A DNA stretch of 64,000 bases, taken from assembly GCA_963719315.1 (NCBI GenBank), contig CAVRBU010000002.1:32001-96000 (forward strand). Direction: 5' to 3'. Source of the DNA: an uncultured Planctomycetota bacterium (GTDB lineage: Bacteria; Planctomycetota; Planctomycetia; Pirellulales; Lacipirellulaceae). The position numbers and the translations under genes are program-made. Below the pieces are notes generated by a model. The model was not told the origin of the DNA, made no database searches, and saw only the letters and a program-made list of their open reading frames with translations. How positions within the stretch are numbered: the first letter of the stretch is position 1; every line of letters begins with the position of its first letter. Of this stretch, positions 40,984 to 52,002 are shown piece by piece.

Positions 40984-41361
40984 ATGAAGACACAAGGCGA
41001 AATCGAAGCGGCCGTATGCGAGGGAATCTCGCGCTTTGAGCAGGATTACATGGGTCGCGGTCCCAAGGACATTCAGGCCAATTTGATTGACGATCTGCTC
41101 GTCGTTCGACTCAAGGGCGTCTTGACCGTGGCGGAACAGCAGTTGGTGGCGTCGCTTCCGGCCGACAAAGGGAGAGACCTGCTCAAGCAAGTGCGAGTCC
41201 ACCTCGTCGAAACGGCGCGCCCCGTCATGGAGGCCATGATTCAAGAGATCACTGGCATCAAAGTAGTAAGCCTGCACCACGACATTAGCACGGCAACCGG
41301 TGAAGAGGTCGTGCTTTTCACGCTTGCCAAGTCGCCGGCTTTCCGGGAAGCAAAGAGGTAG
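40984..41361 (+). CDS. DUF2294 (MpsC-like) protein
   Basis: MKTQGEIEAA..MGRGPKDI..LKGVLTVAEQQL..HHDISTATGEE. Confidence 0.88.
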   Translation: MKTQGEIEAAVCEGISRFEQDYMGRGPKDIQANLIDDLLVVRLKGVLTVAEQQLVASLPADKGRDLLKQVRVHLVETARPVMEAMIQEITGIKVVSLHHDISTATGEEVVLFTLAKSPAFREAKR

Positions 41362-41601
41362 GATGTCGAAGTGAAGTTTCCACTCCCGACTTCCCATCCC
41401 GCGTCTTATCCTCGATTCCGTTGCATCGACCAGCTTGATTATGCATTCATCTGCTGCACGCGTCGATGATAGCAGACCGCCGCAATATGCCTCCGGCCGG
41501 CGCGCTCATGAGGGCGTGTCATGCGTTACGACTGGCATCGCGCGCTCCTCGTTCGCCATGCTCCTAAGAACGTCCGCGGTCACACAACTCGCAGACCAAG
41601 T

Positions 41602-41923
41602 ATTCGAACCTACGACCCTGAGGCAACGCACCGCGCGACATCAGCCCGTGGTCAATCCTCTAGGAAGTCTTGTTGCCGTAATGGCTGCGGAGAGCCGCAC
41701 AACAGTTGACAGAATTTCCCGTAAAAGAAAGAGACGACACTGATCGGTCGACTACTTGCGCCGATAGGCGTGCGACCGATAAGCGAGGCGGGGTACGATG
41801 ATTCTTATTGGGGTACAGAACTCGCAAAGGGGGATGTCTGGTTGAGACTTCCTCCTTTGGCGTCGGCTCAGTATAACTTGAGCCGCGTAACCTAAGTCCG
41901 CTATGGACCTGGATTTCCGAAAA
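41602..41923. repeat. tRNA-proximal end sequence of island B
   Basis: Near-identical to 23263-23584. Confidence 0.95.
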
Positions 41924-42001
<78 letters not shown>

Positions 42002-42357
42002 TTGGGCGGCCGGGCAGTTTGCCCGACCGGATTCACTATTATTAGCGTAACTGCCGCTTGTCGGCAAGGTCCGCATTTGATTGTAGCACGACGGCAATTG
42101 CCGAATCTGCGATAAGCGTCTTAACTTGGTTTCGGCGTTTTTCGGCCGAGAATGGATAATGCCGCGCCGCGATTGGCTTAACTTGAGAGGCGCCCTGTAT
42201 AAGTGCCTTTCACATTTCCGCGCTTGTGGTTTGTCGTAGTTTTATAACTAGGGGATAGCGTATCGCCTTCTGATTTTTCACAGGAGGCGAAAAAATGAAT
42301 CAGAAAAAGAGCAACGAGGACTCCTGATAATCTGGAGCACTTGTTGAATCCCGCAAG

Positions 42358-44172
42358 TCATGCGCCTTGGCGGGCGAGCTTGCGGCGGTCGGATTCTTTG
42401 AGCACCTTCTTGCGGAGGCGGATTTTCGTGGGAGTTACTTCTAGTAACTCATCTTCCTCGAGGTATTCGAGCGCCATTTCTAGCGACATGATCCGAGGCG
42501 GCTTGAGCAGGATATTCTTATCGGTGCCGCTGGCCCGCATGTTCGTGAGCTTCTTTTCCTTGGTAGGGTTCACCGCCATATCTTCGTTGCGGCTGTTTTC
42601 GCCCACGATCATGCCTTCGTAGACTTCGTCGCCGGGTGCGACGAACATTTCGGCCCGCTCCTGCAGCGTGTCGAGCCCGTAGGCGACGACTTTGCCTGCT
42701 ATCATCGAAACGAGTACGCCATTCGCGCGGTCGGGGATGTCGCCTTCAAGGGGCGCATATCGCTCGAAACGATGATGGATGACGGCCGTGCCCTGCGTGG
42801 CGTTGAGCAGCCGCGTTCGCAGCCCGATTAGACCGCGGGCGGGGATAGAAAATACCACGTAAGTGTAATTATCGTGGGCCGTCATCTCGACGAGCAACCC
42901 TCGCCGGGCGCCGACGAGTTCCATTACCGGCCCCAGCTTCTCGTGCGGAACTTCCACGACCAGGCTTTCGAACGGCTCTTCCGTCACGCCATTCTTGTTG
43001 TGCAGCACGACGTGCGGCTTGCCGATCGAGAGTTCGTAGCCCTCGCGGCGCATCGTTTCGATCAACACGGAAAGGTGCAACACGCCGCGGCCGAAAACCT
43101 GGAACGAGTCCATGCTATTCATCGGCTCCACGCGGAGAGCGACGTTTCGCTCTAGTTCTTTCTGGAGGCGCTGGTTGAGATGCTGGCTGGTGACATACTT
43201 CCCCTCGCGACCGACGAATGGCGACGAATTGATGCTGAATACCATTTGGATCGTCGGCTCATCGACGGTGACGCGCGGTAGGGCGCGGCGTTCTTGCGGG
43301 TCGCTCACTGTGTCGCCGATAGTGACGTCTTCCAAGCCGACGAGCGCCGCGATGTCTCCGGCGGTCGCTTCCAACGCCGGCACGCGGCCGAGCTTATCGA
43401 ACAGATGAACGTCGGCGACTTTTGCAAGTGAGGATTCGCCGTTGTCCTGCATCAGCGCGATTTGCTGCCCAGGTTTAATGGAACCCGAGTAAATCCGGCC
43501 GACCGCGATGCGACCAACGTAGTCGGACCAATCGAGGTTCGTAACCAGCATTTGCAGCGGCGCGTCGGGGTCGATCTCCGGGCCGGGGATTGCTTCGAGC
43601 ATCAGGTCAAAAAGCGGTTTCATCGAATCGCCCGCTGCATCGGGGTCATCGGTGGCATAGCCGCCTTTACTGGTGGCGAAGATGTGGGGGAAGTCGTCGA
43701 GCACGTGCTCGCCGCCGAGATCCATCAGGAGCTCAAAAGCTTCGTTCAGTGTCTCGTGCGAGCGGGCATCGGGGCGATCGATCTTGTTCACGACGACGAT
43801 CGGCTGCAATTTGCATTCGAGCGCTTTCGCGAGCACGTACCGAGTTTGCGGCATTGGCCCCTCGGCCGCATCGACCAGTACCAGCGCACCGTCGGCCATC
43901 CGTAGCACGCGCTCCACTTCGCCGCCGAAATCGGCGTGGCCGGGCGTATCGATGAGGTTGATCTTCACGCCTTGGTAATGCACCGCAATGTTCTTGGCCA
44001 GAATCGTGATGCCGCGTTCGCGCTCCAGGTCGTTCGAATCGAGGATGCAATCGCCCACGAGTTGGCTGGCGCGGAACTCGCCGCTTTGGCGCAGCAAGCA
44101 GTCCACGAGCGTGGTCTTGCCGTGGTCCACATGGGCGATGATGGCGATGTTACGAACGTCGGAGCGGCGCAT
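42358..44172 (-). CDS. typA: Translational GTPase TypA/BipA
   Basis: [58 protein letters not shown]. Confidence 0.97.
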   Translation of the reverse strand: MRRSDVRNIAIIAHVDHGKTTLVDCLLRQSGEFRASQLVGDCILDSNDLERERGITILAKNIAVHYQGVKINLIDTPGHADFGGEVERVLRMADGALVLVDAAEGPMPQTRYVLAKALECKLQPIVVVNKIDRPDARSHETLNEAFELLMDLGGEHVLDDFPHIFATSKGGYATDDPDAAGDSMKPLFDLMLEAIPGPEIDPDAPLQMLVTNLDWSDYVGRIAVGRIYSGSIKPGQQIALMQDNGESSLAKVADVHLFDKLGRVPALEATAGDIAALVGLEDVTIGDTVSDPQERRALPRVTVDEPTIQMVFSINSSPFVGREGKYVTSQHLNQRLQKELERNVALRVEPMNSMDSFQVFGRGVLHLSVLIETMRREGYELSIGKPHVVLHNKNGVTEEPFESLVVEVPHEKLGPVMELVGARRGLLVEMTAHDNYTYVVFSIPARGLIGLRTRLLNATQGTAVIHHRFERYAPLEGDIPDRANGVLVSMIAGKVVAYGLDTLQERAEMFVAPGDEVYEGMIVGENSRNEDMAVNPTKEKKLTNMRASGTDKNILLKPPRIMSLEMALEYLEEDELLEVTPTKIRLRKKVLKESDRRKLARQGA

Positions 44173-44448
44173 TTTGGTAGACCCGACCGGCGGGCTGACG
44201 AAAATAGTCGACATAGGGCGGGCATTGCTGGCGGGTGAAGACTGGTGGCTGAGAACAATCGAAAGACCCATAATTCTACCACCTGCCGGCCATTTGTGAT
44301 ATGGCGATTGGCGAAGCGGCTTGCCCACATTGCGCAAACACTTGATATTGTTGTGCGACGAATTAAGCTCAACTGCATGGTGCACCTCGGCCGCCAGCGC
44401 GTCCGACTCCTCCACTATTTCACTGTGCACTAAAACGAGGATCTGGCT

Positions 44449-44874
44449 ATGCATTTCCGAGCGCTGATCGTTGCGGTGGGAATCTCCATGCTGCACGGCC
44501 CGACAGCATCTTGCCAATCGCCTCCGAATCAGGACAGCCGCAAGGAAGCGATCGTCAATCCGTTCGGTTCATTGCTTGGCGGCGACGTAATGCGTGCGGC
44601 CAACGATTTTCGCATGGGCAGCGAAGCGCTGGATCGCTTCGGCCGCGCGTTGGCGAGCATCAATTCGCGCGTGGCGGAAGCCATGGTTGAAATCAGCGAG
44701 AATCTGGCCGACGCGAGTACGGGATTTGATCCGTTTGGATTCAAGACCGCGTTCCAAACGATTCAGCGCCAAAACGAGATCCTCCACGAGCAAAGCGCGA
44801 CCATTCAAGAACTGCAGCAGCAGGAAATCCGGCGCCTCCGCAAGGAGCTGAAGCGCTCCAAACGCGGAACTTGA
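44449..44874 (+). CDS. Secreted coiled-coil hypothetical protein
   Basis: GAGGA RBS, signal peptide, helical C-terminus. Confidence 0.65.
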   Translation: MHFRALIVAVGISMLHGPTASCQSPPNQDSRKEAIVNPFGSLLGGDVMRAANDFRMGSEALDRFGRALASINSRVAEAMVEISENLADASTGFDPFGFKTAFQTIQRQNEILHEQSATIQELQQQEIRRLRKELKRSKRGT

Positions 44875-45038
44875 GCGAGTTGGCGGAATGCGATTGTCAG
44901 TCAGTTTTCCGACGCTTTTTTTACGTGCGAGCAGTAAGAGATCATGTGGTTGGCGTTTCTATCGCCGGCGAAGCCGTAGAATCGCATCACTCTATCGGCC
45001 TCGGAGAGGCCTCCCACAACTTGAGCGCGGCACGGGGA

Positions 45039-45125
45039 GGTAGGTCCCGCTTGCCGAGCGGGACCTTAATCTGTTTTGCAATTTGGTGAATTCGCGCAGG
45101 TCCATTCCGGCAGAAGGGACCTACC
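45039..45125. repeat. Inverted pair of GTAG-type REP-like palindromes
   Basis: GGTAGGTCCCGCTTGCCGAGCGGGACCT (45039-45066) and reverse copy GGTAGGTCCCTTCTGCCGGAATGGACCT (45098-45125). Confidence 0.65.
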
Positions 45126-45173
45126 AGGATACTTCCCGGCGCGAACTTGCCGGAATAATCGGTATTTTTGTTT

Positions 45174-47155
45174 CAGGTGACTGCCATGTGGATTTCAAGT
45201 CCTTGGGTTAAATTTGTGCGGCGACGTACGGCGATCGGTCCACCGGCGAGGTGGTTTTTTTGAGGTTCGTGCAGGTCTCGGTCTTCAATCACGCGAGAGG
45301 ATTATCTCTGTCGTCTTGGTGATCACGTATCGCCGTACAGGTAATGCATAAGAGGGACGGCCCCGAACTGCCGTATCAGGCGGTGGTGATCCGACAGAGC
45401 GCCATGCACCTGAAAAGGCAGGAATGCCATAGGGCGTGAAGGCGGTGTCAATCCTCACACGAGTTCAGGACCGTTCCCTGTTTTCATTTGCTTGTGCGAT
45501 TCTTATATTCAAGCAGGCCAAGACAGCCGGCAATACGTCACCGATCGGCTTGGGGCCCTGTCGGCGACGCGTGTGCTGCTGCAGGACGTCCGCGACGATT
45601 ATCGCTTCATGGCTGCAAGTGTTATAGGGTAGTTGCCCAACAGCGGCTTCCAGGTCAGCCAACAAGACATCCATGGGTGTCTCATGCTCCTGATGAAAGC
45701 GACGCAGTTTGTCCAGTATAGAGTCGGGCTTTTGAAAGCATGAATGGCGCATCGGCTCGTCCCCGGCGACACAGGCCAGCGCCAAGCGGCTGAATCGCTT
45801 GGCGATCTTAACGCGACTGGCCCGCTTGTCGACGCCCCGGGCTATGTCCACTTCTGCCTGGCCGCGGTAATAATTGCAGTGACAAGCCAGGTTGTCGGCG
45901 ATTCCCATGAGCACGCAGCGCAGCCGACGATTGGCCTGGCGGATTAACTCTCCATTGGCGTTGTCCGTTTGATCGCTTTGATAACGGGACGGGAACAAGC
46001 CCGCGCGACCGGTGATGGCGTTCGCGTTGGCGTACCCTGAAATGGGTCCCATTTCTGCCGCTAACTCGGCGGCCGAAACGACGTTGATACCGGCGATGGC
46101 CATCAGGCGAATGTAAGGAGTCTGCACCACGTCGCCGGCAAGTTGTCGCTCCAAGGCAGCGATTTGCCGTTGAAAATGCTGATAGAGCTCGTACAGATCG
46201 GTCCAGATGGCATGGTGCATCGGCCCGTCTTGAATGGGATCGTCCGTCGCTTGCGTCGCCCAGGCGAGAACTTTGTCGATGGTGCGCAGCTGGTGGCGAA
46301 CCTTGTTCTTGCTCAGATATCGGCTCAAGCCATTCCGTCCAAGTTGGAGCAGTTTGGCAGGTGAGTCGCAGTGGACGGCGATCGGCAGTGCTGTAGGCGA
46401 TTCAAACAAGCCACTGAACAGCCCGGCATATCCAGGCATCGCCAGATGCAAGTGGTCGCGAATCTGGCAGGCCAGCGCGGCCGACTTCTGAACAAGGTCG
46501 CGGCGATGGCGTGCGCGTAGCTGCAGATCTCGATAAGGAGGTTCCAATTCCAGCTCACGCAGCCCAAAGCCGGCGACCGCAGCACGATGTTGTGCATAGA
46601 GGTCGTTTTCATCGGTCTTGTTGCCCGGATTGGCCGGCATTCGATACTGCTTGGTAGCGAACGGATGGACCACACGCGTTTCGAATCCGGCTCTGGCGAA
46701 GGCTCGCTTGGGAGGAAGATAGTAGTTTCCCGTTCGCTCAACCACGACGATTGTGTCCTGGATACCATGCCGCTGTTGCGCTTGTCGGATCATCTCCACC
46801 GCCACATTGAAGAAGACGCTTTGGTGCTCGACGGTTTGAGGTCCAATCAGCAGGTTGCCAAAGTAGTCTGCCATCATCCACTCCGATCGATGCTTGGCGG
46901 GATCGACACAGACGATGGCAAAGTGTTCACCACCTACTTTTTGGACACGTGGACTGATCATTCCACTCGGTTTTTGCAGCGACTGCCTGCGTGGCTTGGC
47001 TTTGTGCTGCACACGGCCGGTTCGTCTGACGTGGTACGACATGTTGGATTCTCCGTAATCGGGGAAAGTAAAGGTGCGGACCTGAACTTTCCCCACAGCA
47101 ATCCAAGCTGACGATCCTCCAGAAGAAGTATTTTGGGGATCTAAGCGTCATACCT
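45174..47155 (-). mobile_element. IS110-family element (ends approximate)
   Basis: Transposase plus non-coding flanks; no clear TIR or TSD, as expected for the family. Confidence 0.55.
45465..47042 (-). CDS. IS110-family transposase/recombinase
   Basis: DEDD motifs CVDPAK, VVERTG, KTDEND; GINVVSAAELAAE..AGLFPSRYQS..NRRLR. Confidence 0.9.
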   Translation of the reverse strand: MSYHVRRTGRVQHKAKPRRQSLQKPSGMISPRVQKVGGEHFAIVCVDPAKHRSEWMMADYFGNLLIGPQTVEHQSVFFNVAVEMIRQAQQRHGIQDTIVVVERTGNYYLPPKRAFARAGFETRVVHPFATKQYRMPANPGNKTDENDLYAQHRAAVAGFGLRELELEPPYRDLQLRARHRRDLVQKSAALACQIRDHLHLAMPGYAGLFSGLFESPTALPIAVHCDSPAKLLQLGRNGLSRYLSKNKVRHQLRTIDKVLAWATQATDDPIQDGPMHHAIWTDLYELYQHFQRQIAALERQLAGDVVQTPYIRLMAIAGINVVSAAELAAEMGPISGYANANAITGRAGLFPSRYQSDQTDNANGELIRQANRRLRCVLMGIADNLACHCNYYRGQAEVDIARGVDKRASRVKIAKRFSRLALACVAGDEPMRHSCFQKPDSILDKLRRFHQEHETPMDVLLADLEAAVGQLPYNTCSHEAIIVADVLQQHTRRRQGPKPIGDVLPAVLACLNIRIAQANENRERS

Positions 47156-47305
47156 GGGGGCGCGTCGGCCCCGTTTGTGGCTCTGCGTGTGACGTAGCCA
47201 ACCCTGTTCGCGCCGCGGCCTAGACTGCATAAGCAGCGCGGGGGGCCGCATACCACCCCGCATCTCACACGCAACGATTCGACGGCAAAAGAGCGGCGGA
47301 ATTCG

Positions 47306-48295
47306 ATGGCGACAGTAGTCAGCCCAGAATCGAAACTCGCACATCTGACGGCTGGGTTCATGCCCGTCCAGGTTGGCATGCTGCAGCGTCTGCATCGGAC
47401 TGCCGTCGACTTGTTCATTCAATATGAGGCCAATGCCGTTCCCGTTCTGTACTATCGTGCCGGCTGTGAGTTGGAGTCGGGCCAATCGGCGCGCTTGTTG
47501 GAGACCGGCGTTCGACAGATCTACGTTCGCACGGATGAGTTCAATCGGTTTGTGGCGCATCTGATGGAATCGATCGACGTGCAATCGGAGATCGAAACGG
47601 TGCCAGCCGCCGAGCGCTACGCGGCATTGCAGCTCGCGATGGCAGCGGAGATCGAACATGCGGCGAGGCTCATCGATTGTGGTCCGTTTGTCGCCGTGGC
47701 CGAAAAGCTGGGGCGAGAACTGACTTCGTTGTTGGCCGGAAATGATGTGCTGCCGCTCGATTTGTATCGGCTGGCACGGCACGATTTCAATACCTTCACG
47801 CACGTCACGAACGTGGCCAGCTACGGTGTCATTCTGGCCGAACGGCTGGGACTGTGCGACGGCAGCGAATTCGAATCGATGGCGAAGGCCGCCATTTTGC
47901 ACGATATCGGAAAACGATTTATTCCGGCCAGCATTCTTTCGAAGCCGTCCAAGCTCGACCCGGAAGAGCGGGCCATCATCGAGACGCATCCGCAGCGGGG
48001 ATACGAGGAACTATGTGATCGCAAAGATATGAGCGAAGCTCAACTCATGATGGTGTACCAGCATCACGAACGATTCGACGGCAAGGGATACCCGGTTGGT
48101 TTCCAAGGAGAAGAGATTCATCCTTGGGCCCGCATGCTGGCGGTGGTGGATGTTTTCGACGCGATGACCGGCACGCGCCCGTATCGCCGGCCGTGCTCGG
48201 CATTGGAGGCCATGGAATACATTTGCAAGAACGCGGGCACTCATTTCGACCCGGAGATGGTGGCATGTTGGAACTCGACCATGACCAAAAGCTGA
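47306..48295 (+). CDS. HD-GYP domain cyclic-dinucleotide phosphodiesterase
   Basis: LHDIGK, HHERFDGKGYP, VDVFDAMT..RPYR, HFDP. Confidence 0.93.
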   Translation: MATVVSPESKLAHLTAGFMPVQVGMLQRLHRTAVDLFIQYEANAVPVLYYRAGCELESGQSARLLETGVRQIYVRTDEFNRFVAHLMESIDVQSEIETVPAAERYAALQLAMAAEIEHAARLIDCGPFVAVAEKLGRELTSLLAGNDVLPLDLYRLARHDFNTFTHVTNVASYGVILAERLGLCDGSEFESMAKAAILHDIGKRFIPASILSKPSKLDPEERAIIETHPQRGYEELCDRKDMSEAQLMMVYQHHERFDGKGYPVGFQGEEIHPWARMLAVVDVFDAMTGTRPYRRPCSALEAMEYICKNAGTHFDPEMVACWNSTMTKS

Positions 48296-48642
48296 TCGAT
48301 GATCAATGGGAAGCGACTTCCGCGCGCGTGGAATTGTCAGAATCCATGCGACGCGAGTTTTTTACTGCGCATGGAGTCGGACCGATCCTATACGACAATC
48401 GGCGCTCGTTTCACCGCCATTTCATGCGGGGCAAAGCCGTGCTGAAGCGCGGGGAGACAATGCTGGGAGCATATACGAAAGACGTTTCTCGCAAAGGGGT
48501 CGCGTTTCTTTCGCCCGTGCCCTTGCTGCCGAAGGAACGCGTGAAGCTCCGCATGCCGTCCGCGGAGCTAAGCCTGGAAGTGACGCGCTGCCGGCGGCTC
48601 GAGCCAGCCTGCTTCGAATGCGGGGCTCGATTCGCGCTGTGA
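48265..48642 (+). CDS. PilZ-domain protein
   Basis: RSFHR (RxxxR) and DVSRKG (DxSxxG). Confidence 0.8.
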   Translation: MLELDHDQKLIDDQWEATSARVELSESMRREFFTAHGVGPILYDNRRSFHRHFMRGKAVLKRGETMLGAYTKDVSRKGVAFLSPVPLLPKERVKLRMPSAELSLEVTRCRRLEPACFECGARFAL

Positions 48643-48717
48643 CAATATTACAAGCAACTAACATCAAATAGCCGCTAGGCAGTGTAAGACGCCAATCCGC
48701 CGCTCAATTCTCTTTGA

Positions 48718-50082
48718 TTATTGTGCGCCTGCGTCGTCGCTCGCGTTCTTGCCCGTCTCTTTCAGAAGCTCTTGCCATCCGATCGGTTGTGTCCACGCTT
48801 GTTGCCTTTGGTCTTTGAACGAGGGGTCGTCGGGTGCTTTGCTTGAGGTGACGACCGCGCGGACGTACAGTTCCTGGCCGGTTAGCTCGTAGGATGGCGA
48901 CGCACCTTCCACCGTGGCCAGGACCAGGCCAACGTCGTGCGAGTATTTTCTCGTCGTGCGGATTTGTTTGCCATCTTTGTCGAGCCGGGGCTTTGACTTG
49001 GCGTCGTAGCCGATTTTCGTGCCGATGAATTGCGTGGTGTATTTCACGTCCACTTCCGGCTCGATTTCGAGCTGCAGCCGCTTCGTATCCGCGTCGTAAC
49101 GCACGTCGCGAAGCGTGACACCGCTGGATGCGTAGAAGTCTCCGGCTTTGATCGCACGGATTAGCGTTTCGGCGTCGAGGCTCGCGGCGCGGACCATGAG
49201 CCAGCCGCGGCCGGGGTGGCTGCCGGGTTGGCCGTTGTAATAGTGGCTGTCGTCAGTCGCGACACCGTACAGCGGCGGGGCGTGGAAGTTTGCGAGGCGG
49301 AGCGTGTTGGCGATATCCCAGATTTGCTCTTCGCTGGCGTGTTGGGCGTCGCCCTGGTGGTGGACGCCGGGGTGGCCGTTGTAGACCTCGACGAACCGCT
49401 CGTGAATCACCGACGCGATTTCCTCGGCGGTGATGGCGTAGCCAAAATTGGGGTGGTTGAGGTGGATGAGCATCTCTTTGCCGGTGCGCTTGGACTGGGC
49501 TTCGGCGGCTCGGAGATTATTGTCGATCGCCTCGGCCACGGTTTTGCCGCCGGCAGGCTCGATCGCTTCCTGGATGTTCGCGACGTTCATGTGGACGGGC
49601 ACGCCCTCGGCGCGGTCGCTGATCTCCTCGCTCTGAATCATCAGGAACTCGCCCGGCTTTTCGACGAGCGTGCGAAACTCATCGAGCGGCTTGAGGCGGA
49701 CTTCGAATTCGGGCGTGCCGGGTGTGCCGCGGGTTTGAACCCAATCGTCACCGAACCGTGCGCGGTATTTTTCGAGGGCTTCTTGGTAGCCGCGCTCCTT
49801 GATCTTTTCTAAGCTCATCCAGCGGTCGCCCCGGCTGAGTACGTTGTGATCGGACAGAGCCAGGAAATTGTAGCCGTGCCGCACATACCAGTCGGCAATC
49901 ATTTCGGGAAAGTCATTGCCATCGCTCCACAAGGAGTGCGTATGGATGTTGCCGCGATACCAGCGCGAAGCGGGCGAGTCGGATTCGGCGGCCAGCGCCG
50001 GCGCTGGGTACGCCGCGAGCAAGCAATAGATAATCGGGGCAATCGCGCAGATAAATCTACAAGAAGCGTCGGAAATGGCCAT
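48718..50082 (-). CDS. Secreted PHP-like metallohydrolase
   Basis: Signal peptide, GNIHTHSLWSDG, LSDHN, NHPN, EVYNGH, TDDSH. Confidence 0.85.
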   Translation of the reverse strand: MAISDASCRFICAIAPIIYCLLAAYPAPALAAESDSPASRWYRGNIHTHSLWSDGNDFPEMIADWYVRHGYNFLALSDHNVLSRGDRWMSLEKIKERGYQEALEKYRARFGDDWVQTRGTPGTPEFEVRLKPLDEFRTLVEKPGEFLMIQSEEISDRAEGVPVHMNVANIQEAIEPAGGKTVAEAIDNNLRAAEAQSKRTGKEMLIHLNHPNFGYAITAEEIASVIHERFVEVYNGHPGVHHQGDAQHASEEQIWDIANTLRLANFHAPPLYGVATDDSHYYNGQPGSHPGRGWLMVRAASLDAETLIRAIKAGDFYASSGVTLRDVRYDADTKRLQLEIEPEVDVKYTTQFIGTKIGYDAKSKPRLDKDGKQIRTTRKYSHDVGLVLATVEGASPSYELTGQELYVRAVVTSSKAPDDPSFKDQRQQAWTQPIGWQELLKETGKNASDDAGAQ

Positions 50083-50266
50083 AAGTTTGCGCCTGTGATG
50101 GTTCGTGGAGCCAATGGGCCGCAGTATGGAGTACGAAGTACGCCAAGCCCCATTAAATCACAGGCTGCACCAAAGTGGAACCAACTGCCAGGCGATTCCC
50201 AGCCAGCAGCGCAAGAAAACGGCCCGCCTCGAAGGCGGGCCGTTTCACCATTTTTGGCGACTCGCG

Positions 50267-52002
50267 TTAGTTGTTGTGATTCTTCTGATCGATGATCAGC
50301 GTGCCGTTGTCCGCTACGTTGAACATCGGTCGGTAGCAGTTGTTGAAGCACTTGCGGGCCTGAGCGTCCCAATGCCAGACCAGGCCAAGGCCGATATTCC
50401 AGGCCTCTTGCGACGCACCGTCTTCGCCGTTTTTCGCGTCCGGGATCAGGTACTCGAAGCCGGCCTGTACGCTGAATCGATCTCCGACCGGCAGCAACAT
50501 ATCCGCGCCGATGAGGCCGTCCGCATCGCCGTTGGCGCCGGCGAAGAACCGGCCCTCACCGCCGTTGCAGCCGTGGATTCGGTAGAACAGCAGATATTGG
50601 TCGCTGGCTTCGAACTTCACGTTGTCGAATTCGTCGTTGTCCAGCTTCTGGTCGTTGAAGCCGAATATGCCCGTAAAGCCGATTTCGTGGCAACCGCCGC
50701 CAATCAAACTGATTTCGGTGCGGATCTGGCTGAACTGACGGGCGTGGAAACGCTCATCGTTGAGCATATCCCACACGACGCCGAAATTCAGGCCTTCGCA
50801 CTGGCGGTGAAACAAGCCTGCCGTGGCGAACTGTTGAAAGTGTTGTTGTTCGGTGTCCGTGTTTTTGTCGCCGTTGAGCTGGCTTTCGACGCCGCGCCAG
50901 CCAAATTGGTAGCCCAACTGGGCGTAGGGGACTTTGGCGCCGATGTTGAAGCCTTCGTTGAAGCCAAAGTTGCCGCTGTCGCGTTCCTGATCGTAGGGGC
51001 CTTTGAAACCCTGCACGCCACCGAAGACCATCACTTCCTGCCACTTTGGCCAGCGGAGGCGAACCGTGTGACACGATTCATCATCGCCGGGACCGATGCA
51101 AAACAGATCCTTTTTGCAATCTTCACAACCGCAGCCGGGCTGGCAATCGCAACCGGGTTCGCAGCCGCAGCCGGGATCGCCGCAGGGGCAACCACATCCG
51201 CAGGCGGGGTCGCAGCAACCATCGCCGCAGCCGCCGTTGTAGCATTCGCCGGACTCGCCGTAGGGCTGATAGGGACCGATGAAGGCGCCGGGGCCATCGA
51301 AATGGTGCATGACCGGATCTTGCATCTCGACGTTGCTGTTGCTGGGCATCGGGAGGTTTTCGGCGCGCGCTTGTTGACGGGAGCCGTCTTAGCCGGTGCA
51401 GCCGCCTCTCCTTGAAACGCGACATTGATCGTCTGCCATAAACTGTCGGTCGGCGATTCAATGGCGGCACGGCGAACGTTGTTCGCTTGCATCGGACGCC
51501 GTTGATATGCAGGCCGTTGCGGCGCGATGGCGCGATTGACGGGCGCCGTGCGTTGTTGCAAATTGGCTTGCTTTGCCGGCACCGAGGCCACCGCGATCGG
51601 GGCCATTGCAGCGGCCGCTGATTGATTGCGTTGCTGCGATTGAGAAGTCGCAGTCGATTGGGCGGTCGTTATTCGCTTGGCGTTGGAAGGCGGCTGGAAT
51701 GTTTGCGGCTCAGCAGCAGAAGCCGTCGAGGGCTTTGGCTTTTCTTTCTGGCGGAGCGGATTCGATTCGTCGCCGCTCGATTGGACTGCGTCGGCGGGTT
51801 GCTGGCCGTTCGGCAACCGCCAGGCGGGGCTGGAATTCAAGCTAGCTGCCGGCTGAACATTGGTCGGCCGCGTGACACCGGCCGAACGCCATTGCTCGCC
51901 GGAAGTCGCGGCCGACTGAGCCGACACTTGCCCAGCCCAACTGGCGGACAATAGAATCGCAGCGATTGTGAATCGAGGCGCGGCGAGGCGGGTAACGGAC
52001 AT
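50267..52002 (-). CDS. Secreted planctomycete protein with Cys/Gly-rich linker and C-terminal beta-barrel-like (DUF6666-like) domain; frameshift near 51360
   Basis: Signal-peptide ORF (52002) and C-terminal ORF (51349-50267) overlap in different frames at a (GC)n run; NFGFNEGFN, QFATAGLF, WNIGLGLVW. Confidence 0.65.

Larger units (their letters stand above)
23627..41923. mobile_element. Genomic island B (general-stress cargo), no integrase seen
   Basis: Lies between the att copy at 23585-23626 and the intact tRNA-fMet; conserved end sequences on both sides. Confidence 0.8.

Noticed and set aside
42358..44517. 719-aa extended TypA
   Set aside because: The extension overlaps the divergent gene and promoter region; homology begins at [12 protein letters not shown] (44172).
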